From contig OZ024741.1 in NCBI GenBank assembly GCA_964016885.1, positions 221,960,001-222,024,000 on the forward strand: a stretch of 64,000 nt of DNA, read 5' to 3'. The notes beneath the pieces were generated by a model. The model made no database searches. It saw only the letters and a program-made list of their open reading frames with translations, and was not told where the DNA came from. Position 1 is the stretch's first letter. Each line of letters begins with the position of its first letter. Shown one piece after another: positions 1 through 10,646 of this stretch. This DNA comes from Eledone cirrhosa. Taxonomy: Eukaryota. The position numbers and the translations under genes are program-made.

Positions 1-4
1 GAAT

Positions 5-344
5 ATAATTGTTTCTACTTTAGGCACAAGGCCAGCAATTACCCAGTGCATTACTGGTACTTTATTTTATCTACCCCGTAAGGATGAAAGGCAAAGTTAA
101 CCTTGGCGGGATTTGAACCCAGATCGTAAAGGGACGTAACTATGCGTAACTATATAATTGTTTCTACTTTTGGCACAAGGCCAGCAATTACCCAGTGCAT
201 TACTGGTACTTTATTTTATCGACCCCGTAAGGATGAAAGGCAAAGTCAACCTCGGCGGGATTTGAACTCAGATCGTAAAAGGGACGTAACTATGCTGGAA
301 AGCATGGCGTCCGACCCTCTACCGATACTGCCAATCCACCGCCC
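5..344 (-). mobile_element. Two adjacent tRNA-derived SINE copies (head-truncated 5-143, complete ~155-344)
   Basis: Minus strand has an A-box-like TGGCAGTATCGG and a B-box-like GAGTTCAAATCC, then a body GCCTTTCATCC..GGTCGATAAAATAAAGTACCAG and an AT tail. The same sequence recurs at ~3110-3220, 14328-14510, 20376-20561, 46693-46828 and 50288-50477. Confidence 0.8.
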
Positions 345-372
345 ATGCGTAACTATATAATGCGTAACTATA

Positions 373-595
373 TAATACGTCATAAATAGGAGCGGTGAAA
401 AACAATTACGCGCAAAGACAGAACCACGTTTATGGTATAAAAGTCGTAGACTAATGTTCACTTAAGTGGTTCATGGAGACGTTCTCTGGCAATGAACGGA
501 AAAAACGAAGATAATACGTCATATGTGGAGCGTGGAGAACAATTGCACGCAAAGACAAAACTACGTAAATGGTAAAGCTGAAGTCGTAGACTAAA
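373..595. repeat. Two diverged ~82-bp direct repeats spaced ~140 bp apart
   Basis: TAATACGTCATA..GGAGCG..ACAATT..CGCAAAGACA..AAGTCGTAGACTAA occurs at ~373-454 and ~513-595. It lies in the 3' flank of the Penelope element. Confidence 0.65.
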
Positions 596-1195
596 ATTCT
601 AACTAGGAAACCGAATGAATCTCCGCTACAGAGTTAAGAATAAAGTAAATAAAATACAATACAGAGGTTATAGAAATTAAATAAATACATACACGCATGC
701 AAATACGTACATACACAAGCATACGTAAAAACACTTGCCATAGGTATACAAAACCACGCACATATAAATATGTGTGTGTGTGTGTGCGTGTATACAAATA
801 AATAAATAATTAAATAAACGTATATAAATAAATAAATACGTATATAACAAGCGCACACACATACCTACATGTAAATACACAAATGTTCGGAGACGTAAGT
901 CAACCAAAACATGAAGTACACATATACGCACACCCTACATACGTACGAACCTGCATACTCACACAGACGCAAAACTCCCGTATACACATAACCAAACCAT
1001 ATGTACCAGAATATATAAAAAAATTCTACGCCATAACATATACAATCAAATATACGCACGAGAAAGTATACGTACCTTCACAAAACATACAGGTAATATA
1101 TCCTTACCTATGCAAATAAGTAATGGTATAAACAAAACATATACTTAGCTACCACATCAAGACGTAAAATATCCACGTATAGATCGTACTATCCG

Positions 1196-2647
1196 TTAGG
1201 GTATAACGTGGGGCTGTAATACAGGAAAGTTGTGTGCAATTTATGTTTACAAGCCGAAATTGCCTCAGATTTTTTGTTTAAGATGTGGTCTGTGGCGTAG
1301 AGTATTTCCAGGGCCTCAGAGGTCACATGGTCTTTTATTTCCGTTATACGATCTAGCCCTAGCTAGGATCTCCCAGTGTAACTTATATTGGGTGTGGTTG
1401 TCTTTTAGACTCCAGATATAAGCTGAAAGTGACGTCATATTCCTTCTTAGAGGGTAACGAAAAGAATGGGTATGCAAGTAAAGACGCTGCTTGAATCTAT
1501 TGGCGGTTAACCCTATGTAGGCCCTACGGGATGTGGGTGTTTCAACCTTACATTTCTAGACAATGTTACTAGAGAGGCTTTTCCCGGATAGGGGGCACTC
1601 AACCCGATTCCTACAATTACAGTATGTACTAACTACAGGGTTGCACGTGTTCCTACGGCTAGGTCGTTTAGCTAAATTTGAAGCTGTGATGTTATGTGCA
1701 AGGTTAGGAGTCGTAGAGTAAGAAATTTTAATAGTATTTCTATTAAAAATGTTACTATATTTATGTGAAGGGGGAAAATGCTTCGTAATAAGGGAAAGAA
1801 AGATCTTAGCTAATGGAGTGGCCACCTCCGTATTATATGGTGGGTTATACCAACAAATGCGACGGGATCTATTTCTTCTAGGTCTATTTTCGTACTCTGT
1901 ATATGCTACCTTATCGACAAATCCACTCCGAGCAAGAGCTTCATTGTAATAAGTGGAATGGTCGTTGAAAATATGCTCGTTAGTAGATAGACGGGAAAGC
2001 CTCAACGAAACGTTTCTTACCAGGTTCTTGGTTATGCTGGCAGGATGGTTGGAATGCTTACTTATGTAATTAAGCGTATCATTCGGCTTTCTATACGGGT
2101 AATACAACCCATTCAATAAGTTCAGGGTAACGTCGAGGTAATTAACGACCGAGAGATTGGCCTCAACCTGTATAGAGAGGTTGAAGCCTTTAAAGAAGGC
2201 TGTAAGTTCTTTTCTGAACCTGTCGCAAGCACGTGTCCCGCACTTAGTCATGGTCAAAAAACCATCGTCACGGCACAAACCACCGCCCGCGTTGGGGAAT
2301 TCGTCCTTGATAGAGAAAAGGAAAAGGCCGATAAGATCAGTAACCTCCGCAGAATCGCTGGCGCCCATACTCACGTTGAATGGGGTACTATTGAATTTTT
2401 TAATCCAAATAGAGTCGTCGAAATTAATCACCGACTTACGGGCATAGAGGATGACATCAACTTCGAAATCCTTAACCACTGTGAGTGTTTTAGCGAAATT
2501 GATAGCTCTAAGGAGAAGTGGTAAAGTGATGGAGGAGTAGTAATTGTTGATGTCGAATTGGATAAAACGGCAATGTTCCTTGTTGCATATGCCATTGAAC
2601 CAATCAATCACCGCGAAAGAATTGTTCCACAGTGCAAGAGGGGCCAA
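1196..2647 (-). mobile_element. Penelope-like retroelement, 5'-truncated (RT + GIY-YIG endonuclease), pseudogenised
   Basis: ORF 1556-2647 has PLE RT motifs (FIQFDI, MGASDSAE, RDDG, NYLDVTL, YRKPN, SNHP, WYNPPY, CNC). Reading through the stop at 1556-1558 gives IV*KCKV..RAYIGLTANRFKQR..LSAYIWSLK, a GIY-YIG domain. Confidence 0.9.
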
Positions 2648-3443
2648 ACTTCTAATTTCTGGTATAATTCTATCAAGATAGCCTTCTTTGGTATTATGAT
2701 TAGATTGGTATTTTAACCATCTTTTGATCTTATATTATTTATACTCCAATCCTACAAACTGTAGAGTGCTACTTATCCGATATTTGCATTGCTTTATTGT
2801 GCTACAATAAAACTCACCTCCTACATTATATATATATATATTCACTCACATATATATATATGTACACACACACACATTCAACACAGAAAGAATATATATA
2901 TTTTTTTTAATTTAACTTAAAATCAACAGATTCAACACACGTTTTTTACTATGAAAAATAGTCTAACAAGCTGGGTATGTAAACCCCTGAAAACAGAAAA
3001 AAAGTGGACAGTGTCGTCTGAGGGACTCATGCTCACACCTGCTGTATACTAGAATGCTGTGCTTACGATTTGCTTCTAAGAAAGGCTAGAGAATTGTTCC
3101 ATTATTTTAAGCCTTATTGGCTGAGATTAACTTTGCCTTCATCCTTACAGGGTCGATAAAATAAAGTACCACTAATGCACTGGGTAATAGCTGGCCTTGT
3201 GCCAAAAGTAGAAGTAATTATTTTAAACCTTATCCATTGGCCAGTACATAAACAAACAATCTATATTTAGAAATCTTGAATAGCTTATGGCAGTGGTCGC
3301 CAACCTTTCTAAAACCGAGGAACCTTCTAAATATTTTGAATTCTTCACGGAACCTATACAATACAAAACTTTTCAAAAAAAAATAATAAAGTATTTATTT
3401 ATTTTAGTGTTTCATGCGTGTGTATGTAATCGAACACAATTAA

Positions 3444-5339
3444 CTAGTGGCTTTTCTGCTGCTGCGCCTCATCAGTGAGTTTAGAAAATCGAGGTTCAAC
3501 ACTAGTTAATGCCAGTCTCATACACTCGTCAATTGCTGACAGTTTATTCCTCTTCTTTGTGCAGATTTCTACCAACTGCGAAAACCCTTTTTCGCACAAG
3601 TAACTAGATGGGAATAAAGTCAAATATTTCAATGCAAGTTGGCTGATTTTATTAAACTCCCCAATCAAGAATAAGTCGATCCATAGTCCTTTCTTTCTGC
3701 TTTCGAATATCACTTTCAGGTCTTCGTTTGAATTCAAATCCATCGACTGATGTAAGCATTGTGCAGGTAGTAAATTTTTACAATTTCCAGCGTCATTTTC
3801 TGACACTAACTGCTCGATCTCGGTGAACGGGGTTTTTATCCATAAATTTCCGCTAACAATATCTTTTTCCATCAAGTCAAAATAATCTGAAAAACTTGTG
3901 GAAAGCAATTTTAAATGAGAAAGAATAATCTTCTTTAGACTGCTGGAGTCAAAATCTTCTCTCTTTTTAAGTTCTATTTCAAGGTTTGAAAGTAATGAGT
4001 AATTGTCCGATTCAATTCTTTTTATAAAGATGTTTAATTTTGATTGAAAATATGTAATAAAATTGATTGAAGTAAAAATATCTGCATTGTTACCCTGAAG
4101 ACACTTATTTAGTTTGTTCAGTTCACCAAAAATGTCTACTAAATAAGCGAGTTGCACATTCCATTCATTGGTTTCTAATACACTTGCTCTTTCATCATTC
4201 TGTTTTTTTAGAAAAACTATTATTTCTTCTCTCAGTTCAAAAACTCTCTTCATAGCATCCCCAAAAGACAGCCAACGCACATCATTGTTCAATAACAATC
4301 TATTATAATTACTTCCAGAAGATTCACAAATAGATTCAAACATTCTAGAATTTTTTGCTCTTGCATGGATCAAATTGATAATTTTGACAATGTTTTTCAG
4401 CTGGTCATTTAATATTTGAGTATCTCTGTCTTTGAATTTTTTTTAACACCAAACCTCTCGATGAATCATACAATGATTTGAAATACAATTTGGGGTCTAT
4501 TCTTTAATTTTTGCAATCAAACTAGAATTTTTACCAGTCATTGCAGCTGCTCCATCTGTTGTTATTGAAGTCAACTTGCTCCAAGATACATCATTTTTTA
4601 AAAAATACTCTTCAATTTTATTGAATATATCTTGACCTTTAGTTGTGATGTCTAATACCAGACAAAACAAATACTCTTCTACTAATTCTTTTTTATCAAG
4701 GTCTACAAACCGTACATAGCAAATTAATTGAGCCTTGTTATTAATATCCGTAGTTTCGTCCACTTGCAGACCAAAACATGTGATTTTCTTTAGTGCAGTT
4801 AGTATCTGATTTTCTATATCTGAAGAAATATCAATTATCCTTCTTTTTACAGTATTTGCTGACAATGGTAACTGGCTTAATTTTTCTTTGTCCTTAATAC
4901 TGCAGCTTTCAAAAAGATTCTCTGTAGCAATGTTTATACTTAGCAGAATTAACTGTTCTAATGTAAATGGTTTCTTGTTTTTACCAATCAAATGTGAAAT
5001 CTCAAAAGATGTTCTTGTTAAAGCTTTATTTCTATCTGACTTTTTACAAAACAAGTCATACATATTAGCTTGTGATTTTTTTATGTTGTTTTTCAGCGAA
5101 GTAAAGTATTCCAGTGACTTGTTTTTATCATTGGTGTGATTAGTATCAAGGTGTCTTTTAAGTTTTGCAGGATTTAAACAGCTATTTGATAGAACTTTTG
5201 AACATAGCAAACACATGGGCTGATCTGGTGTATCTTTTTTAGTGTCAGCTTTTTGAAATCCATATCTAACATAATCATCACACCACTGTCTAACCTTACT
5301 GCTGGTATCTAACTTCAGCTTCTTTGCAGTAGACATCAT
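3444..5339 (-). pseudogene. Buster/ZBED8-like hAT transposase, interrupted by one stop and one frameshift
   Basis: BED finger (CLLC..LKRHLDTNH), DETTD, TDGAAAMTG, HCMIHRE just after the stop at 4497-4499, VRWLS, and SSYLCEKGFS dimerisation motif. ORFs 4497-5339 and 3444-4373. Confidence 0.93.
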
Positions 5340-5905
5340 ATCAATGTTATTTATCTACAGTTAACATTTTTTAATATGACATTAATAAACAATAGAAATT
5401 AAGTTTTTTTAATTACAAAAAGTACTTAAATTAACTTTGGCGATATCCAATTTTAGCGGCATTTAGGCCGCTTACTTCAATGTATGAGGCGATTCCAACA
5501 AATTTACATTCCCCGTTTTTTTTTAGCCGTTAAAAGAAATATAGATTTTTTTTTTTTTTTTTTGCGATTTATTAGAGAGGGGGGGGGGGTGCTCCCTTCT
5601 TCTCTTACCTGTACAAGCCGATATAGAGAGATGGCCCACATACACGGGCCATTATTGCTACTTTCACCCATCTTTCATGGAATTGGCTGGGACTGAGTGC
5701 CTTTTTCTCCAAGAGGACCATTTGTTGGCCGGCGACATATCCCCACAGTTTCCTCGTTGCAAACGCATCTGGGACATTTCTTTTCCAAGGGGTTTCCGTC
5801 CCGGAATCCGTGTCTGTAGAGCCTTTCCCGAACGGGCAGGGCCCCTCGGTATAATATTAAGTATTAGTGGTTGTAATAAAAATGCAATCAAAATGTAATA
5901 AATAC

Positions 5906-6041
5906 CTTCACTGATTTCTTTCCTTATATTATCAACAGAAGTTGGTATGTCACCCAAAGTTCGCTTTGTATGTTCCCGAATAGCAGTGAATTTTGATAAA
6001 ATTGTTTCTAATTCCTTCTCCACAGTAAGACAAATATCCAT
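5906..6041 (-). pseudogene. RMND5: Captured RMND5/GID2-like first coding exon (left-arm copy)
   Basis: MDICLTVEKELETILSKFTAIREHTKRTLGDIPTSVDNIRKEISE resembles the RMND5A/B N-terminus as recalled (MDQCVTVERELEKVLHKF..). It ends at a phase-1 AG|GTATTT donor followed by AT-rich intron-like DNA. Confidence 0.78.
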
Positions 6042-6258
6042 GTGTAGTTGAAGAGGATAAGTAGGAAAGAACAGTCATTTAAATTTACAGATGTGGTGTT
6101 TGGCAGGGTTTGAGATATATAGAAAAATAATTATTTACAGAAAAAGAAAATAATAATAAAGAATTATTATAATTTTTTTAAAGATTTATATCTTTTGGGA
6201 CTTTTGGAAGCAAATTTTAAACTGTATATCGCAACAATAAAAAAGAAAAAATATTTCT

Positions 6259-6499
6259 TTAAACAATATATTGTTCCGATATACAGTTTAAAATCTTTGG
6301 GAAACATCTACCGTCTCCACTCATAAAGCTGTCATTTCGCCACCGCCACATGAATTCATTCAAATATGACTGAAACATGGGTCGGCTAGTGCCGTTTATT
6401 TATTTATTTTTTTTTTTTGGCATGAGACCAGAGTCCTTCAATATGTTGGGTATGTGTTCCTGATACCGGATCAACAAAATTTAGTGAATGATTCACTGT
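6259..6499 (-). pseudogene. C-terminal remnant of a Merlin (IS1595/ISXO2-like DDE) transposase
   Basis: Manual translation: [29 protein letters not shown], then a frameshift in a poly-A run, then GTSRPMFQSYLNEFMWRWRN..CFPKILNCISEQYIV*. VNHS-FVDP-HTQxIE and YLxEFxWR are Merlin/IS1595 signatures. Confidence 0.9.
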
Positions 6500-6756
6500 A
6501 TATTAATATAAGTTTCACTTTATGAATTTCAGTTTAAATATTTTTTTCTTTTTTATTGTTGCGATATACAGTTTAAAATTTGCTTCCAAAAGTCCAAAAA
6601 GATATAAATCTTTAAAAAAATTATAATTCTTTATTATTAATTTCTTTTTCTGTAAATAATTATTTTTCTATATATCTCAAACCCTGCCAAACACCACATC
6701 TGTCCATCTGTAAATTTAAATGACTGTTCTTTCATACTTATCCTCTTCAACTACAC

Positions 6757-6892
6757 ATGGATATTTGTCTTACTGTGGAGAAGGAATTAGAAACAATTTT
6801 ATCAAAATTCACTGCTATTCGGGAACATACAAAGCGAACTTTGGGTGACATACCAACTTCTGTTGATAATATAAGGAAAGAAATCAGTGAAG
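6757..6892 (+). pseudogene. RMND5: Captured RMND5/GID2-like first coding exon (right-arm copy)
   Basis: Same 45-codon peptide as the left copy. 136 nt from ATG to the GAAG|GTATTT donor at 6893. Confidence 0.78.
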
Positions 6893-9800
6893 GTATTTAT
6901 TACATTTTGATTGCATTTTTATTACAACCACTAATACTTACTATTATACCGAGGGGCCCTGCCCGTTCGGGAAAGGCTCTACAGACACGGATTCCGGGAC
7001 GGAAACCCCTTGGAAAAGAAATGTCCCAGATGCGTTTGCAACGAGGAAACTGTGGGGATATGTCGCCGGCCAACAAATGGTCCTCTTGGAGAAAAAGGCA
7101 CTCAGTCCCAGCCAATTCCATGAAAGATGGGTGAAAGTAGCAATAATGGCCCGTGTACGTGGGCCATCTCTCTATATCGGCTTGTACAGGTAAGAGAAGA
7201 AGGGAGCACCCTCCTCTCTAATAAATCGCAAAAAAAAAAAAAAAAAAATCAATCTATATTTCTTTTAACGGCTAAAAAAAAGGGGGAATGTAAATTTGTT
7301 GGAATAGCCTCAAACATTGAAGTAAGCAGCAACTGCAGCAAGTAAGCGGCATTTAGGCCGCTAAAATTGGATATCGCCTTAACTTTAATTTTAGATATTT
7401 GGAAAAACTTAACTAGTTAAAGAAAAATTTTAATTTTTAAAATTTGAAATTTCTCCATATTAGGATGGCAAACATATTATTTAAAGTCTTATAATAATAT
7501 TAAAATATTAGGGGTTACTGAAAAAGGTGCAAATTTATAAACAACTATAAGAAATTTTTTTCAGAGTCCAGCACTTCCTGCATATACTTCTTTATGGTCG
7601 TATTTAATATTATTGGTAATGTAAATATATTTAAATATCCGCCATACTAAAAGGTGCAAAAAATGCAAATCAGCTGATAGTGTAGATGTGACGATGGTAT
7701 TGGAAATTAATTCAGATATCTTCTATCTATTTTGACTCAAAGTTAGATATAATATAAGAAGGCTTTAAGGCTGCGTTAAACATATATTAGATTGGAACAA
7801 ATAAAGTTTAGTCAAATGTTTGTGTACATATATATTTATTGTATGAAGTAATTTCTCAATTGTGAATGCAGATGTCATCAAATGAATACATAATTGTGTG
7901 GCAAAGTTTATAGTGTATGCATGGAATACAAAATTACCTTTGTTAGTAGTCGAAACTTTACAGGCGTTATATTTTCTGTACAAAGTACAACAGAATGTAA
8001 CGTGTTCTTATTTAGAATTGTCTGTGGAACTGGATGCATGTTGAAAACGACTAGTAAGCGAGTTCACTCTGTGAGGAAACTTTAGGCGACTTTAAAGCTT
8101 TTGTGAGGACAGCAGATTAAAACGTGTTCGCTATTGAAAACATTCTACTGAACTTACGTTGTGAGAACAGCGAACTGACCCTGCCTCTTGGCTGAGAGAC
8201 CTCGCTGAACTGAAGTTTTCAGTTTAAAGTTATGCTGTCATCGACCAACATTTGCTTGTTCATGATTGGTCAATTTCTAAGTTCAATTAGTGTATTATCA
8301 GTAGTAGTCAAATCCTCGGAATTCAGAAAACTATGTCTTTCCAAGAATTGATGTGAAATTGAAAGTATTCAATTTCCACGAATCCCAGAACAGTATTTTT
8401 CTGCTAATTCAAGTGAGAAACTGAAAGTAGTGTTTTCCACGAATTGGAGTGGAGAACCTATGTACACTACAATAGTACTCGTTCATTTATACATTGCACC
8501 TTTGGCATTTTCTTTGCACCTTTTTCAGAAAACCCAAAATATTAATGGTAATGTAAATATTTATTTTTTTAAGGAACCCGGAGTTTGTTTTACGGAACCC
8601 CAAGGTTCCGCGGAACCCATGTTGGCGACCACTGGCTTATGGGACGTCACCAGGGGCTTATATGTCCACCATGTTTGATTATTTTTCATAGTAAAAAACG
8701 TGTGTTGAAGCTGTGAATGAACCAGAACGCAATTTTGTAGAAAATAAATATCATTGAATTAAATAAAATAAACTGCAAAATGAAATATGTTGGTGCAAGT
8801 TTGTATAATTTGCATGTCAAAAATGTAGTATCCCATAAACATACATCATCACCATTTAATGTTTATTTTCCATGTGCATGGATTAGCAGAGTTATCCCAC
8901 TCTGAGACTAGATAGGTCAGATGACTGTCTCATATGTTCTATTCTGACATGGTTTCTGTGGCTGGATGCCCTTCCTAATGCCAACTACTTCACAACATGT
9001 ACCAAGTGTGTGTTTATTGCAGCCCTGTCACTACCTTTTTACAGGGTAGACCAGGTGATTTTTATCATGGCACCAGCACTACCACTTCACAAAGTGGACT
9101 GGTTGCATTTTATTATCACACCAACACTACCATTTATTGATACTAAGGTGTTATATTGTGTCATCCTCAGCCAAACTGGGAAGGTAGTCATGAGAGTGGG
9201 GAAGATGAGAGCATGTTGGGGGAAGGGAGACAAGATATTTTTGCTTGCCAATGCAGGGGTGTATATATTGACAGATACATTACAAAATATGTGTATGCAC
9301 ATAGACTAGCAACAAACTGTGTGATGAAAATTTTGACTCCAAGAAATAAATGAATAGTGTATGTGAATTTGATAGAAAAGTTCTATCAATATTCTTTGTA
9401 ATGGAAATTGTGGTTACTCCCACATCAGAGGAAATTTGACACTTACACCAGAGTTGTCTAAATGTAAGTGTCAAATTACAAATGATGTTACAGCATATTA
9501 TTTTGGTTCACTAATAATATCTAGGCGATATTTAAAGGCAGCGTTGCATGTATTTTGTATTTCATAGAAATCTGGCATAGTTAACCTTTTTTTTTTTTTG
9601 TAACCTCTAGGTTTTAGGTTTCGATATCTATTTCTAACTATAACATTTTTTATACTAACCTGGCTCTGGTTCTATGAAATATCATTCCAAATTTGAAAGG
9701 GTTCCAATTTAAATTAAATCCTTCCAACATGATTTTCTATGAGAACCATAGGTTAAGTTACTTATCTCAGTAATGAAATATTTAATAATTTTTTGTAAAT

Positions 9801-10646
9801 CTTTCAAAATTATTCATTACTCCTTTTGATACCAAACTGGCCAACACCTGCTCTGGTTCTATGAAATAGAATCCTCATTTTAAAAAGTTCTTATTTTAAT
9901 TAAAATCTTCCAACATAATTTTATATAAGAACCATATGTTTATAGCAATATTTTAGTAATTATATAATGACTTCATTAACTCTTAACATCTTGTATAAAA
10001 TATCTGAAAGCAGGTTTGTTAATTCAAATGTTTTTAGTATCATTTTTTCTAAAACTAATGCTGCATATGCATAACAAAGTTGTTAAAAACGTGTAATAAT
10101 TTAACAGAAAATATCTAAAAACGGGTTAGTAGACATAACGGGAAAATTTACAATAAACTAAAGTAAAGGCTTTAATTTTTTAATGTGATGCAGACATAGT
10201 GCTGTTTTATACTTTTGTCATGCTAATGTGGTTTCATGTGGTGTAGGACATTAAAAGTTACTTAAAATTGAGTGTATTTTACTAGAAATATGGTAAAAAA
10301 ATAAGGTTAAGATATTTTATAACTATCGCTTTATACTGAATTATATATGCATGACTATTGAAATTTAATGATATTGTGGTTAAACTTCTTTTTGGTGTTG
10401 GTATCATTCACAATTTTATCACATACATTTTTTTGTTATTTTTTTTTGTTATGACCATGCTGTAAAATGGAGAGGTAGAGAGGGCTCATGAGTCCAGTAA
10501 GACATCCTCTCTAGTGCTGGTGGCATGAATAAAAGCACCCAGTCCATGATGTAAAGTGGCACTGGTGTTAGGAAGGGCATCCAACCAGTGTATCAATGCC
10601 AAAACAATTATGAGCACAGCAACAAATATATAGGAACAACAAAAAT

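Larger units (their letters stand above)
5439..7378. mobile_element. Nested non-autonomous Merlin-derived foldback element with very long TIRs
   Basis: Ends are GGCGATATCCAATTTTAGCGGC ... GCCGCTAAAATTGGATATCGCC. 8-bp TSD TTAACTTT (5431-5438, 7379-7386). Near-identical inverted arms ~5439-6256 and ~6536-7378. Merlin transposase remnant in the spacer. Confidence 0.9.
3291..8634 (-). mobile_element. Complete hAT (Buster family) DNA transposon
   Basis: Perfect 14-bp TIRs CAGTGGTCGCCAAC (3291-3304) / GTTGGCGACCACTG (8621-8634). Identical 8-bp TSD GCTTATGG (3283-3290, 8635-8642) fits the Buster NNNTANNN target. Subterminal GGAACC motifs at both ends. Confidence 0.95.

Noticed and set aside
155-344. 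tRNA genes at A/B-box motifs
   Set aside because: These are heads of a multi-copy SINE, with no complete cloverleaf.
5340-5906. In-frame RMND5-exon/Buster transposase fusion by splicing
   Set aside because: The donor is phase 1, but the nearest acceptor is 15 nt before the ATG (phase 0). The spliced product reads GAT AAA TAA and stops.
5664-7134. The two 125-aa ORFs as real genes
   Set aside because: Only the first 45 codons look like RMND5. The rest is read-through into intron-like and TIR sequence.
9433-9477. 15-bp-arm hairpin and a nearby GTAAGT as an exon or RNA gene
   Set aside because: Short and AT-rich, with no convincing reading frame or family evidence.
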